The notes under the pieces are model-generated. The model saw only the letters and a list, made by a program, of their open reading frames with translations. It was not told the origin of the DNA and did not search any database. Below are positions 18,718 to 29,615 of a stretch of DNA of 64,000 nucleotides, in pieces. Origin of the DNA: Candidatus Latescibacterota bacterium (GTDB taxonomy: Bacteria > Latescibacterota > UBA2968); the NCBI GenBank assembly GCA_965204745.1, contig OZ242010.1, positions 4,032,001 through 4,096,000 on the forward strand, read 5' to 3'. Numbering within the stretch: the first letter of the stretch is position 1; each line of letters begins with the position of its first letter. The position numbers and the translations under genes are program-made.

Positions 18718-19592
18718 CGGTTTTGGAGTACGCGAATGGGCTTCAAAACGCCCTCGTCGAGTTGACCGAGGCCGAGCAAGGTGCCGCGAGAATTTTGCAC
18801 GGTTACCAGGCCCCGCAGATCTGTTTCAACGCCGACCACGGGGTTGCCGTGTGAAAATCGCACCTGTTGCGCCGCGCTCAAACAGACCGAGGACAAATCG
18901 GACAAAACGACATGCGGATCGAGCAACACATCGGACAACCGCACGGTGCGGTCGAGATCGCAAAGCGAGGCGCATTGCCCGAGCGCGACATCGCCCACCG
19001 CGGTTCGACAAAGCTCGGACAAGTGCGCGCCGCAACCCAAGCGGTTGCCAATATCGTCTGCGAGTGACCGAATGTACGTGCCCTTTGAGCAATGGACATC
19101 GAGGTGCAAGAACGGTGGATGAAATGCCGCGATGTCGAGTTTGTGAACGTGTACAAGACGCGCTTCCCGCTCGACCTCGACCCCCTTGCGGGCGAGTTCG
19201 TAAAGCCTGCGCCCGCGCATGCGGATGGCCGAATACATCGGCGGCACTTGGGCGATTTTTCCCCTAAATGTTGCGACAGCGGCCTCGACTTTCGCCCTAT
19301 TGGTCGGAATATCCTCGGCTTGGCCGACGACCGCGCCATCCGCGTCGAGCGAATCGGTCGTAATGCCCAAGTGAACCACTGCGCGATACTGCTTGTCGCG
19401 GCCCGTTACGTGCGAACTGAAACGCGTATAGGCCCCCAAGCAGAGGATCAAAACGCCCGTGGCCATGGGATCGAGCGTGCCCGTGTGCCCGACTTTCTCG
19501 ATCCCAAAGCGTTTGCGAACCCACGCCACCACATCTTGCGACGTGTGGTCGGCGGGTTTGTCTATGCCCAAAAAGCCGTTGATGGCGACCAC
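18714..19592 (-). CDS. truB: tRNA pseudouridine(55) synthase
   Basis: KVGHTGTLDPMATG, QVPPMYSA, SKGTYIRSL. Confidence 0.96.
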   Translation of the reverse strand: MVAINGFLGIDKPADHTSQDVVAWVRKRFGIEKVGHTGTLDPMATGVLILCLGAYTRFSSHVTGRDKQYRAVVHLGITTDSLDADGAVVGQAEDIPTNRAKVEAAVATFRGKIAQVPPMYSAIRMRGRRLYELARKGVEVEREARLVHVHKLDIAAFHPPFLHLDVHCSKGTYIRSLADDIGNRLGCGAHLSELCRTAVGDVALGQCASLCDLDRTVRLSDVLLDPHVVLSDLSSVCLSAAQQVRFSHGNPVVGVETDLRGLVTVQNSRGTLLGLGQLDEGVLKPIRVLQNR

Positions 19593-19925
19593 CTATGCGT
19601 TGAGACTGTCGAGCAACTGATCGATTCGCGCCCCGTGCGCTAGGGACTCATCCCGTGCAAATACCAACTCTGGGACGTGGCGCAACTGCACGCGCTGTGC
19701 CAATGCGCGGCGCAAAAAAGCCATCGCGCCCCTTAAGCGGTCGAACACGCGATCCTCTGCACCGGGCATCGCGCTGACGTACACCTTGGCCGTGCGGAGG
19801 TCTCGAGACATTTTGACGGACGTAATCGTGACATCGGCGAGGCCCGGGTCCCGGGTCTCTGTACGCAGGATTTCACTTAGGGCGACCCGAATGGCTTTTC
19901 CCACACTTTCGGCGCGATAGGGCAT
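19593..19925 (-). CDS. rbfA: Ribosome-binding factor A
   Basis: TITSVKMSRDLRTAKVYVS, LRHVPELVF; synteny. Confidence 0.92.
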   Translation of the reverse strand: MPYRAESVGKAIRVALSEILRTETRDPGLADVTITSVKMSRDLRTAKVYVSAMPGAEDRVFDRLRGAMAFLRRALAQRVQLRHVPELVFARDESLAHGARIDQLLDSLNA

Positions 19926-20206
19926 CAGAGAAACTCCAGTGAATAGTCCATCAAAATCAGGTGGTCTTCGCGCTCTATGGCATTGACCACCTGCGACAAC
20001 ACCCGATTGGCATAGCGGGATTCGTTTGTAAGCGTCACCACGCCTAGGCGCGCCCTTTGCCAGCGGTCGTGATCGTCTAATTCGGCAACCGCCACATTGA
20101 ACTTGTTGCGCGTGCGCGCAATCACGCCCTTGAGCACCCCGCGCTTCTGCTTCAGGGAAGCGCATTCGGGCAAATACAGGTCGATGCGACAAAAACCAAT
20201 GGTCAT
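19925..20206 (-). CDS. DUF503 family protein
   Basis: SLKQKR...KFNVAVAE; usual position between infB and rbfA. Confidence 0.9.
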   Translation of the reverse strand: MTIGFCRIDLYLPECASLKQKRGVLKGVIARTRNKFNVAVAELDDHDRWQRARLGVVTLTNESRYANRVLSQVVNAIEREDHLILMDYSLEFL

Positions 20207-22650
20207 CAGATCGTGCGAGAAGTTTCGACGAGTTCGTAAGTTTCAATGACATCGCCGACTTTGACATCGTTGAAGTTTTCGATCCCAATGCCGCACTCAA
20301 AGCCGTTTTGCACTTCGCGGACATCGTCCTTAAAACGCCGCAGGGATCCAATGCGGCCCTCGTAAATAACGACCCCGTCGCGCAACACGCGCGCGCTGGT
20401 CGTGCGGAGGATAAGCCCTTGCGAGACCAAACACCCGGCTATCGTGCCGACCCGCGGCACCTGAAAGAGCTCGCGCACCTGCGCTTCGCCCTGCACGCTT
20501 TCCTCGATCTTGGGCGCGAGCAACCCGGAAAGGGCCGCGTGAATGTCTTCTACAACTTCGTAAATCACGCGGTACAAGCGAATATCCACCTGCTCGCGCG
20601 CGGCGACATCGCGGGCATTGGCGTCTGGGCGCACATTAAACCCGATGATGATGGCATCGGACGCGGATGCGAGCAAAATATCGGATTCGGAGATCGCGCC
20701 CACAGCGCGGTGAATCACCGAGAGACGCACTTCCTCGTGTTCGATTTGCAAGAGCGCGTCTTGCAGGGCCTCGACAGAACCATCGACATCGCCTTTGATA
20801 ATCAGGCGCAGTTCTTCGATATTGCCCATTTCGATCTGCTTGTGAATATCGGTCAATGACACGCGCCGCACCCGGTGAAATTCCTGCTCGCGCCGCAGTT
20901 GCTGCCGCTTCTGGCTGATCTCTCTGGCTTCGCGCTCGTTTTCGACGACGTGAAACGCGTCGCCGGCCTGGGGCAACCCGGCCAAGCCGAGCACCTGAAC
21001 CGGACGCGAGGGCCCGGCAACGGCCACGCCCATCCCGCGCTCGTCGAGCATGGCGCGCACGCGCCCGTTGAACAGGCCCGTAATAAACGGATCGCCCACT
21101 TTGAGTTTGCCCTCTTGCACGAGCACGGTTGCGATATTCCCGCGCCCGCGGTCGAGTTTTGATTCTACGATGGTGCCCTTGGCACGCCTGTCCGGGTCCG
21201 CTTTGAGCTCGAGCATTTCGGTTTCGAGGGCGAGCAATTCGAGCAACGCATCGACATTTTGCCCGGTCTTCGCGGAAATTTCGCAAACCTGAACCGTGCC
21301 CCCGTAATCCTCGACAATGACATTGTGCTCGGTCAGTTCGCGTTTGATTTTGTCCGGGTTCGCGGTTGGCAAGTCGATTTTGTTGATCGCGACCACGAGC
21401 GGCACATTGCCCGCTTTGGCGTGGTCGATGGCTTCCACGGTTTGCGGCATCACGCTGTCGTCTGCGGCCACCACCAAAACCACCACATCGGTCACTTTGG
21501 CGCCGCGGGCGCGCATCGCGGTAAATGCCTCGTGCCCGGGCGTGTCGAGAAAGCAGATTTCGCGCCCATTCCCGAGTTCTACGTGATACGCCCCGATATG
21601 TTGCGTAATGCCGCCAGCCTCGCCTTCCATCACATTGGTCTCGCGGATATAATCCAAAAGCGAGGTTTTGCCGTGATCCACATGCCCCATAATGGTGACG
21701 ACCGGGGGCCGGGGTCTGAGATCGACTTCAGCCGCTTCTGCCGCCGCTTCTTCCAAGATCTCTTCGCCGTATTCCTCGAGTTGCTCAACGCCAAACCCAA
21801 ATTCATCGGCGACGAGCGTGATGGCGTCCATGTCCAAGCGTTGGTTGATCGTCACCATCAGGCCGAGTTTGAGGCACTGCGTGATGACCTCTGTGGCCCG
21901 CACATCCATCTGCGCCGCGAGTTCGCCCACGGTGGTGAACTCGTTGACCTTGAGCACTTGCGCGACTTCGCTAGCGATCACCTCATCGGGCTTTTCGATG
22001 TCCTGACGGCGTCGCCTACGCGACCGCGCAGGCGTTGTGCCACTCGACATTTGCGCCAAGGTCCGCCGGACATTTGCCGACACTTCGCGCTCATCCACCA
22101 CCGGGCGTTTGCGGCGGCGCCTGCGTTTGCGCGGGGGCCGCTTGCGGGTTTTTTTGGCCTCGGCCTGCTTCGGCGGCTGTTTGGCTTCGGGCTTGGCCTT
22201 GTCCGCGGTCGGCGCGGGTTTTTCTCGTTTCGGTTTTGTCGCGCTGACTTCTTCAACGACGACCTTTGTCGGATAGCGGGTTCGGCGGCGACGACGCCTG
22301 CTAGGCCGTTGTCGGGGCGCGCTGGTCGAGGTGGATGGGGTCGCAGATCGAAGCGTGCGGCGCCGGCGGCTCGTCGTGCGGGGTTGTCGCGCTTGGGGCT
22401 CGCGCTCTTTTTGCCCGTCATCCCTGCGTCTGAGCTTGCGCCGAGTCGCTTGGCGTTCCGAATCGAATTTCTTCTGGATCGCCTGAATCATCGCAGGGGT
22501 GCAGACCGCCATGTGGTTTTTGACCTCAAAATCCAGGCTCTTGAGTTGCCCAACCATGGCCGCGCTCGACAAATTGTATTCGCGGGCGACCTCGTAAATC
22601 CGCTTTGTTTTGGCTGGTGTTTTGACTTTTCGCTTCGCCAACAGGCTCAC
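20206..22650 (-). CDS. infB: Translation initiation factor IF-2
   Basis: [36 protein letters not shown]. Confidence 0.97.
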   Translation of the reverse strand: MSLLAKRKVKTPAKTKRIYEVAREYNLSSAAMVGQLKSLDFEVKNHMAVCTPAMIQAIQKKFDSERQATRRKLRRRDDGQKEREPQARQPRTTSRRRRTLRSATPSTSTSAPRQRPSRRRRRRTRYPTKVVVEEVSATKPKREKPAPTADKAKPEAKQPPKQAEAKKTRKRPPRKRRRRRKRPVVDEREVSANVRRTLAQMSSGTTPARSRRRRRQDIEKPDEVIASEVAQVLKVNEFTTVGELAAQMDVRATEVITQCLKLGLMVTINQRLDMDAITLVADEFGFGVEQLEEYGEEILEEAAAEAAEVDLRPRPPVVTIMGHVDHGKTSLLDYIRETNVMEGEAGGITQHIGAYHVELGNGREICFLDTPGHEAFTAMRARGAKVTDVVVLVVAADDSVMPQTVEAIDHAKAGNVPLVVAINKIDLPTANPDKIKRELTEHNVIVEDYGGTVQVCEISAKTGQNVDALLELLALETEMLELKADPDRRAKGTIVESKLDRGRGNIATVLVQEGKLKVGDPFITGLFNGRVRAMLDERGMGVAVAGPSRPVQVLGLAGLPQAGDAFHVVENEREAREISQKRQQLRREQEFHRVRRVSLTDIHKQIEMGNIEELRLIIKGDVDGSVEALQDALLQIEHEEVRLSVIHRAVGAISESDILLASASDAIIIGFNVRPDANARDVAAREQVDIRLYRVIYEVVEDIHAALSGLLAPKIEESVQGEAQVRELFQVPRVGTIAGCLVSQGLILRTTSARVLRDGVVIYEGRIGSLRRFKDDVREVQNGFECGIGIENFNDVKVGDVIETYELVETSRTI

Positions 22651-22656
22651 CTCCGC

Positions 22657-23994
22657 TCATGCGTCGGGTTGAGAAGTGTCTGGGGTGGATTCGGCGTTCT
22701 CCTCGGCGCGCAATCGCGCCTGTTCTTCGCGGTACTCCGCCAATCTCGCATCTACGATTTCCCGCGCGGACGTTCGCAATTTTTCAGCCGTGGCTTCGCC
22801 AACGCCGGGCACGTCGAGCAGTGCCGTCAAAGAAACGCGCACCAAGTCGTTGGCAGACAAAATGCCCGCGGCCTCCAAGCGATCTCGCGTCGCCGGCCCG
22901 GCGCCGGGCACGGCATCCAAGGGCACGGTCGTGGCCTGCCGCTCGGCTTGGATTTCCTCGTAACGGGCTTCCGTCATGGTATCCACGTTCCAGCCGGTCA
23001 ACTGCGCTGCCAACCGTGCGTTTTGCCCGGCCTTGCCTATCGCCAGCGAGAGTTGATCCTCATCGACAATGGCCGACATGCGCTTGTCGCGCCGGTCGAT
23101 CACCACGCGACGCACTGTGGCGGGACTCAAGGCGCGCGACAAAAAGATCGCTTCGTCTTCGCTCCAGGGCACGATGTCGATGCGCTCATTGCTCAATTCG
23201 CGCACCACCGCTTGCACGCGCGAGCCTTTCATCCCCACGCACGCCCCCACCGGGTCGATGCGCGCATCATTGGAATGCACCGCGATTTTTGCCCGCTCCC
23301 CCGGTTCGCGGGACACGGCCTTGATTTCGATGACGCCCTCGTAAATTTCCGGGACTTCGAGTTGAAAAAGACGCTCGAGAAACCCGGGATGCGTGCGGCT
23401 CAACACCACTTGCGGGCCGCGCGCCACGCGCAACACGTCGAGCACGTACGCGCGAATGGGATCGCCCTGCCGATAGCGTTCTTTTCGGATTTGCTCCTTG
23501 AGGGGAATGACCGCTTCTGTGCGCCCCAAGTTGATGAGGATATCCCCACGGCTGATTTGTTGCACGGTTCCCGAAATGATTTCGCCCACGCGCCCCTGAT
23601 AATCCTCGTAGATTTTTTCGCGCTCGGCCTCTCTGACGCGCTGGACGAGCACTTGCTTCGCCGTTTGAATGGCATTGCGTCCAAAATCGGCAAAATTGAG
23701 GCGCGATCTCAGCTCTCCGCCGACTTTGGCATCGTCGTCTGTTTTGCGCGCTTGGGTCAGGCCGACTTGCAGGCCCTCATCTTCGACCTCGCCATCCGCG
23801 ACGATTTCCCAGACCGCTTCCACGGCGATCTCGCCCGAGTCGTGGTCGATGTTGACCTCCACGTTATCCCCGGTGCCAAACCGCCTTTTTGCCGCAGAGA
23901 TCAACCCCATTTCCAGGGTTTCGATCACCAAGTCGCGGTTGACGTTTTTTTCTTGGGCAATTTGTCTTAACGCTTCGAGAACTTCGTAATTCAA
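22657..23994 (-). CDS. nusA: Transcription termination factor NusA
   Basis: FGRNAIQTAKQV, DPVGACVG, SLAIGKAGQNARLA. Confidence 0.96.
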   Translation of the reverse strand: MNYEVLEALRQIAQEKNVNRDLVIETLEMGLISAAKRRFGTGDNVEVNIDHDSGEIAVEAVWEIVADGEVEDEGLQVGLTQARKTDDDAKVGGELRSRLNFADFGRNAIQTAKQVLVQRVREAEREKIYEDYQGRVGEIISGTVQQISRGDILINLGRTEAVIPLKEQIRKERYRQGDPIRAYVLDVLRVARGPQVVLSRTHPGFLERLFQLEVPEIYEGVIEIKAVSREPGERAKIAVHSNDARIDPVGACVGMKGSRVQAVVRELSNERIDIVPWSEDEAIFLSRALSPATVRRVVIDRRDKRMSAIVDEDQLSLAIGKAGQNARLAAQLTGWNVDTMTEARYEEIQAERQATTVPLDAVPGAGPATRDRLEAAGILSANDLVRVSLTALLDVPGVGEATAEKLRTSAREIVDARLAEYREEQARLRAEENAESTPDTSQPDA

Positions 23995-24003
23995 GTGAGC
24001 CTC

Positions 24004-24444
24004 CTACAACTCAAAATGCAACGTGGCTTTCTGGATTTTGGCGCGTTCGATGCGCGCGCGTTTGTCGGCCAATGCCACGTCGAGATGATCGGGACCGACC
24101 TGCAAGAGCGTGCCCACTGCAACGCCCAAGCCATCTACCACCAAGCGCAGGGCCTTGCCGACCACGCGCTCAAAATCCCGGTCCGTCTTCAAGGGCCGCG
24201 TCAAGCCGGGGGATGACACTTCGAGCACGTAAGCCTCCGCTATCGGATCGCGCGTGTCAAAAACATCGGCGATCTCCCGGCTAATGGCCGCGCATTCGTC
24301 AACTGCAATCCCGTCCGGGCGATCCACAAAAACGCGCACGAGTTGCCGCCTGCCAAGGCCCGAAACAGCCAACTCGACCAACGCCACGCCCCTGCGCTGG
24401 AGGAGCGGAACGACGAGATCGATGAGGGTATCTTTGATGAGCAT
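24004..24444 (-). CDS. rimP: Ribosome maturation factor RimP
   Basis: YVLEVSSPGLTRPL; precedes nusA; start uncertain. Confidence 0.92.
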   Translation of the reverse strand: MLIKDTLIDLVVPLLQRRGVALVELAVSGLGRRQLVRVFVDRPDGIAVDECAAISREIADVFDTRDPIAEAYVLEVSSPGLTRPLKTDRDFERVVGKALRLVVDGLGVAVGTLLQVGPDHLDVALADKRARIERAKIQKATLHFEL

Positions 24445-24477
24445 GGCATAACTTTCGTCGCGGGCGTCCCATATACT

Positions 24478-24505
24478 CAAAAGAGTGGGCTGTTGCCCAC
24501 TCTTT
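24478..24505 (-). promoter_or_regulatory. rimP leader hairpin (attenuator/terminator-like)
   Basis: aaagagtgggc-aaca-gcccactctttt on the minus strand just upstream of rimP. Confidence 0.65.
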
Positions 24506-24596
24506 CATCGAGAGGCCAAAATATAGAGAAAGACGGAATATGGCGCAAGTTTTTATTTTTTTCGTCGGAATGGCGATGGGGCATGGGTTCGCCTGT

Positions 24597-24956
24597 TCAT
24601 CTCTTCGCCTCCCCTTCAATCAACCGCTTGAGATCGAGCAACAGGTCCCGCAATTCCGCGAGTGAATTTTCCTTCGCAGGTGCGTCGATGTTCTGATTTT
24701 CCCACAAACCGGGGTCTTGTCTCAGCCGTTCAACCGCCCCGCGAATCGTGTATTTCTGCACGTAGAGCAAATCCTTGATCGCCAGAATGACCTTGAGATT
24801 TCGCTCGGTGTACGTGCGATTGCCCGACCGACCGCGCCGGGGCCGCAGTTGGGAAAATTCCTTTTCCCAGAATCGCAACACATGCGGCTCTACGCCTGTG
24901 CGCTCCGAGACTTCGCGGATGGAATAGTAGAGTTTTTTGATTTTTTTTGACCGCAT
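24597..24956 (-). CDS. MerR family HTH regulator
   Basis: YYSIREVS...HVLRFWEKEF...GNRTY. Confidence 0.88.
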   Translation of the reverse strand: MRSKKIKKLYYSIREVSERTGVEPHVLRFWEKEFSQLRPRRGRSGNRTYTERNLKVILAIKDLLYVQKYTIRGAVERLRQDPGLWENQNIDAPAKENSLAELRDLLLDLKRLIEGEAKR

Positions 24957-24960
24957 AGCA

Positions 24961-26265
24961 TCACTTCTGTTTGAATAAAATGCGGATGGGCGTGCCAAAA
25001 AAGTCAAACGCCTGCCTGAGCCTGCGCTCTAAAAACCGGCGGTAGTGAACCGGCACGTCCTTGGGCCGCCGCGTGAAAAAGATGAGGGTCGGCGGCGCGG
25101 CGTGTGGCATCACGCAAAAAGACATGCGAAAGACCCTGCCATTTTTGGTCGGCGGCGCGGTCGTGGCATTCAGGGCCGTCAAAAAGGCGTTCAAGTCCCC
25201 GGTGGAAACGCGTTGCCTGCGTTTTTGGGCGATGTCCAATGCGAGGTCGATCACGCGCCAGGCGCGTTGCCCGGTCAGCGCCGATAGAAAAACAAGGGGG
25301 TAGTTTTCCAAATGTACAAAGCGCGTGCGGATTTGGGCCGCTGTGTGGTCCGCGGTGCGGTCGTCCTTTTCCACCAAATCCCATTTGTTGATGCCCACGA
25401 TGACCCCTTTGCCCAAGGCCGCGGCGCGTTCTGCAATTTTGATGTCTTGCACGGTGCATCCTTCCACCGCATCGACCAGCACAATCGCCACGTCGCAACG
25501 CTCGAGATTTTCCACGGTCCGCAGGGAACTGTAAAACTCGACCTGCTCTTTGATGCGCGTTCGCCGGCGCAAGCCCGCGGTGTCGATCAAGACAAATGCC
25601 CGGTCGGCGCGCTGCATGGGCAGGTCGATGGCGTCTCGCGTCGTGCCGGGGATTTCGCTGACGACGACCCGCTCATGGCCCAACAAGCGGTTCACAAACG
25701 TGGATTTGCCCATGTTCGGGCGGCCCAACACCGCGATTCGCGGCGGCCTTTCTCCTTTTGGATCGTCTGCATCTTCGGGCAAACACGCGAGGATTTCGTC
25801 GAGCAAGTCGCCGGACAATCGCCCGTTGATCGCGGAAACGAGCAGGGGGTCCCCGAGCGCGAGGCCGTAAAACGCCGCGCCATCGGCTTCGTCTTCCACC
25901 CTATCGACCTTGTTGACGATCAGTCGATGCGGCACGCCTAGGTCTCGGATCATCCGCGCCATCGTCGCGTCGTAATCCGTGGGCCCGGTTTGGGCATCGA
26001 CCACCAAGAGCAGCAAATCCGCTTCGTCCAACGCGAGTTCCACCTGCCGAGCCACCGAGTCTGAAATACTTTCCGCGGCATTGGGTACGTACCCGCCCGT
26101 ATCCATCAGCGTAAACGTGCGGCCATTCCACGTACATTGCGCGTAGTTGCGGTCGCGCGTGACCCCGGGAAAATCATCGACCACCGCCTTGCGCTCGCCG
26201 ATCAACCGATTGAAAAGCGTGGATTTGCCGACATTCGGCCTGCCCACAATGGCTACGACGCCCAT
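24961..26265 (-). CDS. der: Ribosome biogenesis GTPase Der
   Basis: Two G domains: GRPNVGKST and GRPNMGKST, DTAG. Confidence 0.96.
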   Translation of the reverse strand: MGVVAIVGRPNVGKSTLFNRLIGERKAVVDDFPGVTRDRNYAQCTWNGRTFTLMDTGGYVPNAAESISDSVARQVELALDEADLLLLVVDAQTGPTDYDATMARMIRDLGVPHRLIVNKVDRVEDEADGAAFYGLALGDPLLVSAINGRLSGDLLDEILACLPEDADDPKGERPPRIAVLGRPNMGKSTFVNRLLGHERVVVSEIPGTTRDAIDLPMQRADRAFVLIDTAGLRRRTRIKEQVEFYSSLRTVENLERCDVAIVLVDAVEGCTVQDIKIAERAAALGKGVIVGINKWDLVEKDDRTADHTAAQIRTRFVHLENYPLVFLSALTGQRAWRVIDLALDIAQKRRQRVSTGDLNAFLTALNATTAPPTKNGRVFRMSFCVMPHAAPPTLIFFTRRPKDVPVHYRRFLERRLRQAFDFFGTPIRILFKQK

Positions 26266-26280
26266 CGTCTGTCTCCAGAA

Positions 26281-26320
26281 ATCAGTTGTCAGTTGTCAGT
26301 TGTCAGTCCGCCCCGCCACC
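26281..26320 (-). repeat. GGCGGGG head plus (ACTGACA)n heptamer repeat
   Basis: Reverse complement reads ggtggcggggcgg-actgaca-actgaca-actgaca-actgat. Confidence 0.75.
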
Positions 26321-26371
26321 CGTGCGATCCCTTCTCCGCCCATCCCTGCCGTGTGCGTTTTGCCGATTCGT

Positions 26372-27790
26372 CTAATCCGCTAGCTGATGCGGCGAAATGT
26401 ACGGATGCGCCACATCCTCATTGTGCGGATGCAGAGAAGTTGACGCGCCGCCGACCGCCTTGTGAATCGTCTCCACGAGATCGTACGTCCCCACGACGAC
26501 CGGGCAACGCACGCGCTGCACCAAGTCGTCCAGCGTGAGATCGTCCAAAAATAACCCATTGTGATTCAGACAATTGGGCGGCAAGAGAACGGTCTCATCG
26601 CGCTCGACCTCTGCCAGTGCGCGGATGATATCGCCCCCGGAAAGCAGCCCGGAAACCGTGATGCCCTCGCCCAAAAAGCGATTGACCACGGGCACGACTC
26701 GGGCAGAAATCCAAGAAATGCGATTCAGGCGTTCGACTATCGCGTCCAAAAACCGCACGCCCAACACGCCGGTCACGAGGGCAAAACGATGCGGGGGCAA
26801 CGCCAATGCCTCGAGTTCCTCGATCCGTTGCTCAAAGCCATCGACAAATCGGCGCACCATGCCGATGCCATTTTCCACGAGCGGAAACCCCTCGTACTCG
26901 GGTTTTGGCGGCACGGGTTGGCCGGTCATCAAATACATCTCATCGCCCAAATACACAAAGCGCGTGCCCAAGCGCGGCTTCAACACCGCTTGCCACGCGG
27001 TTATCTGGCGGATGGCCCTGGCTGCGTCTGCGCTCGTCACCGGGTTCAACGCCGGAAGATTTTTGCGGAACTTGGTCAGGCCCAAGGGCACGACGCCCAC
27101 GGATGCCACATGGGGATGGCGTGCGGCGAGGTCGAAAATCGTCTGCTTGAGCGCGTGCCCATCGTTGATCCCCGGGCACAAGACCACTTGCGCGTGCATC
27201 TCTATTTTGTGCGCGCCCAAGGTGTCTATCCGATCTAGCACCGGGGTCGCCCGCCTGCGCCCGAGCAACTCGGCGCGCAACATGGGATCCGTGGCGTGAA
27301 CCGAGATGTACATGGGACTCAATTTTTGGTCGATAATGCGCTGAAACTCGTCTTTTGACAAATTGGTGAGCGTGACATAAGCCCCGTGCAAAAAGGACAA
27401 GCGGTAGTCGTCATCTTGGTAATACAGGGTTTTCCGCAGGCCCTTGGGCATCTGGTGCAAGAAGCAAAAAACGCACTTATTGTCGCATTTGAGAATGGGC
27501 ATGTCCTCAAAATCCACGCCCAAATCGTCTTCGATCTCTTTTTCAATCTCGAACAAAAACCGCTCGTCTCCGCGCCGCACTGCGGTCAACACGTCTTCGT
27601 CACCCATGTAAAATCGGTAATCGATGGGATCGCGCACCGGTTGCCCGTTGATGCTTTCCAACACATCCCCGGGACGCAATCCCATCGCATCCCCAATGCC
27701 ATCGGGATGCACGAAGCGGATTTGCAACCCGGCCTCAACGCGCTCAATCCCGCGCCGTCCCTCGACTCTCGCCCCTTTTATGACGTCCAT
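26372..27790 (-). CDS. DUF512 / PDZ radical-SAM-like protein
   Basis: CDNKCVFCF, DDDYRLSFLHGAYVTLTN, ENGIGM; upstream of der. Confidence 0.88.
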   Translation of the reverse strand: MDVIKGARVEGRRGIERVEAGLQIRFVHPDGIGDAMGLRPGDVLESINGQPVRDPIDYRFYMGDEDVLTAVRRGDERFLFEIEKEIEDDLGVDFEDMPILKCDNKCVFCFLHQMPKGLRKTLYYQDDDYRLSFLHGAYVTLTNLSKDEFQRIIDQKLSPMYISVHATDPMLRAELLGRRRATPVLDRIDTLGAHKIEMHAQVVLCPGINDGHALKQTIFDLAARHPHVASVGVVPLGLTKFRKNLPALNPVTSADAARAIRQITAWQAVLKPRLGTRFVYLGDEMYLMTGQPVPPKPEYEGFPLVENGIGMVRRFVDGFEQRIEELEALALPPHRFALVTGVLGVRFLDAIVERLNRISWISARVVPVVNRFLGEGITVSGLLSGGDIIRALAEVERDETVLLPPNCLNHNGLFLDDLTLDDLVQRVRCPVVVGTYDLVETIHKAVGGASTSLHPHNEDVAHPYISPHQLAD

Positions 27791-27860
27791 TTCAATTCCA
27801 GTAATTGATTGTCAGACAACACACTATTCCAATGACTTACCAACATCTCTAAATCGTCAA

Positions 27861-27889
27861 AACTTACGACAAACCCCAAGCAAGGTCAA
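27861..27889 (-). promoter_or_regulatory. sigma70-like promoter heading the long minus-strand run
   Basis: TTGACC-17 nt-TAAGTT. Confidence 0.55.
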
Positions 27890-27907
27890 GCAAAAACCCG
27901 AACGGCA

Positions 27908-28055
27908 AATCGGCGAATCGGCGAATCGGCGAATCGACAAATCCAATCCCCGTGCTCGCCCAAAGCGGTAAAAGGTGAGACGGGAGACGGGAGACGGAAG
28001 ACAACCCCGCCCAGCCGCCCTTCGGTAAGACGTAAGACGCAAGAGGGAAGACAAC
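27908..28055. repeat. Cluster of short tandem repeats
   Basis: (atcggcga)n, (gggagac)n and (gtaagac)n runs in an intergenic spacer. Confidence 0.7.
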
Positions 28056-28200
28056 TATATTCTGATGGAGGCACACAGCACCGATGTTGTCAAGACGTAA
28101 GAAGGGAGAGGGGAGAAGGCCGCCCAGCCGCCAAAACATAAGCCCCGGCGATTTTTGTATCGTCGGGGCTTATTATTCATCCGCCGGGACATGCCCGTGT

Positions 28201-29463
28201 TTAGCTGTGGTTGCTTTCCGCACGCGATCTCACCGGGGCGTTTCGCGCTGTGTTGTACAAGCGGTCAAATGTCTCCGTGCCGTCGTCTTCGATTATGTCG
28301 AGGGATGAGCCGGGTTCTGAAATGGGTTGTGCGTCTTGGGGATAGACGTGGTGCAAGTCCTGTTTTGTGCAGGCGTAGTAAGTCACTTCTCCGCTTTGGC
28401 GGCGGTACGCATAGAGGTGGCGCGGGGGATCGACCCAGGTATAATCCACAGCGTATTGTCGGATGGCATCCGGGTCAATCTCAACGCCGAGGCCCGGGGT
28501 TTCGGTGACGCGGTAAAAGCCGCCCCGAACTTCGATCTCGGGTTTGACGAGTTGCGATTCCCATATATTCATGCAGGTAATGGCCGGCCATTTGGCCTGC
28601 GGAAGTACCGCGCCTAGATGCGCGGCCCAGGCGGTTGTGATGCCCGAGCCGACGAGTTGCAGCCAAAAGGGCTTGTTCCACTGCTCGCAGACAGCGGCTT
28701 GTTTGAGAAGGTGCGCGGCGCCGATACAAATGACAAAGCCATCCGCAACATCTTCTCTGAGGGTCGTTTCAATGGGTGGGTTGTTGTAGTGCATGGCAAT
28801 GGGCCGGGCGATCAGATTTCGGATTTGCTTGTTGCCCGCCACGTCGTTCTGCGGGATCGGGGTTTCGATCATCGCCACTTCCGGATACGCTTCCAGTTCG
28901 CGCAGGTGCGGGATGGCATTGGCCGAATTGCCCAACGTGCCGTTGTAGTCGAGGTCGAGGTGAAACCCGGGCGGGACCGCGTCTTGCACGGCTTGGATAG
29001 CCGCGTGCAGGTCAAACCACGGGCGCGCCTTGAGTTTCGCGCTGGTATAGCCGGCCCGCACGGCTTGCCGGCATTCCTCTGCCCATCCCATCGGCGGCAT
29101 GTCCATGTGCCACCAAGAAATGGGGCACCAGTCGCGCACTTTGTTGCCGAGCAACCGGTAGATGGGCACGCCTTGCGCCCTTGCAACCGCGTCGAACAGG
29201 GCCATTTGCACGCCCGCGCCCAAGCTGTCGTCCCACATCACTTCCGCGGCTGGGCGACCAATAATTCTGTCTTCGATATCGGGCGGCACTTTTGCCCAAG
29301 TGTAGTTGGGAATGGTTTCGCCCCATCCCTCAACGCCATTTTCGAGCGCGATGTGGCAAAGCTCGTGAATGCGCCAATGGGGTAGCCAATAGCCGAGGTG
29401 CTTCTCGCTGTGTTCGGTAAAGGGCACGTCGAGATGGATGCGTTCAACGGTTTTGATCTTCAT
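28201..29463 (-). CDS. Enolase superfamily (mandelate racemase/muconate lactonizing-like) enzyme
   Basis: GWGE, MALFDAVARAQGVPIYRLLG, KLK, LDYN, ETP, PGLGVEID. Confidence 0.85.
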   Translation of the reverse strand: MKIKTVERIHLDVPFTEHSEKHLGYWLPHWRIHELCHIALENGVEGWGETIPNYTWAKVPPDIEDRIIGRPAAEVMWDDSLGAGVQMALFDAVARAQGVPIYRLLGNKVRDWCPISWWHMDMPPMGWAEECRQAVRAGYTSAKLKARPWFDLHAAIQAVQDAVPPGFHLDLDYNGTLGNSANAIPHLRELEAYPEVAMIETPIPQNDVAGNKQIRNLIARPIAMHYNNPPIETTLREDVADGFVICIGAAHLLKQAAVCEQWNKPFWLQLVGSGITTAWAAHLGAVLPQAKWPAITCMNIWESQLVKPEIEVRGGFYRVTETPGLGVEIDPDAIRQYAVDYTWVDPPRHLYAYRRQSGEVTYYACTKQDLHHVYPQDAQPISEPGSSLDIIEDDGTETFDRLYNTARNAPVRSRAESNHS

Positions 29464-29497
29464 CTTGGCCTCCGAGAAAAGTGGGATCGGCTAGCGC

Positions 29498-29526
29498 ACG
29501 ATAGGGCACGCGCCGCGATCTGTCAA
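29498..29526 (-). promoter_or_regulatory. sigma70-like promoter of enolase-family gene
   Basis: TTGACA-17 nt-TATCGT. Confidence 0.55.
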
Positions 29527-29615
29527 GCACAACAGGTAAAAGAAAACATGGGCAAATCAAAAAGTTGGGTTATATTTGGCGCGATCATCTCGTCCCTCAG
29601 CCCGTAGGAGGTTTT

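Noticed and set aside
21259-23970. 903-aa plus-strand ORF (and similar long antisense ORFs over pnp, leuS, gdhA)
   Set aside because: Antisense shadows of conserved genes in GC-rich codon usage; no recognisable domains
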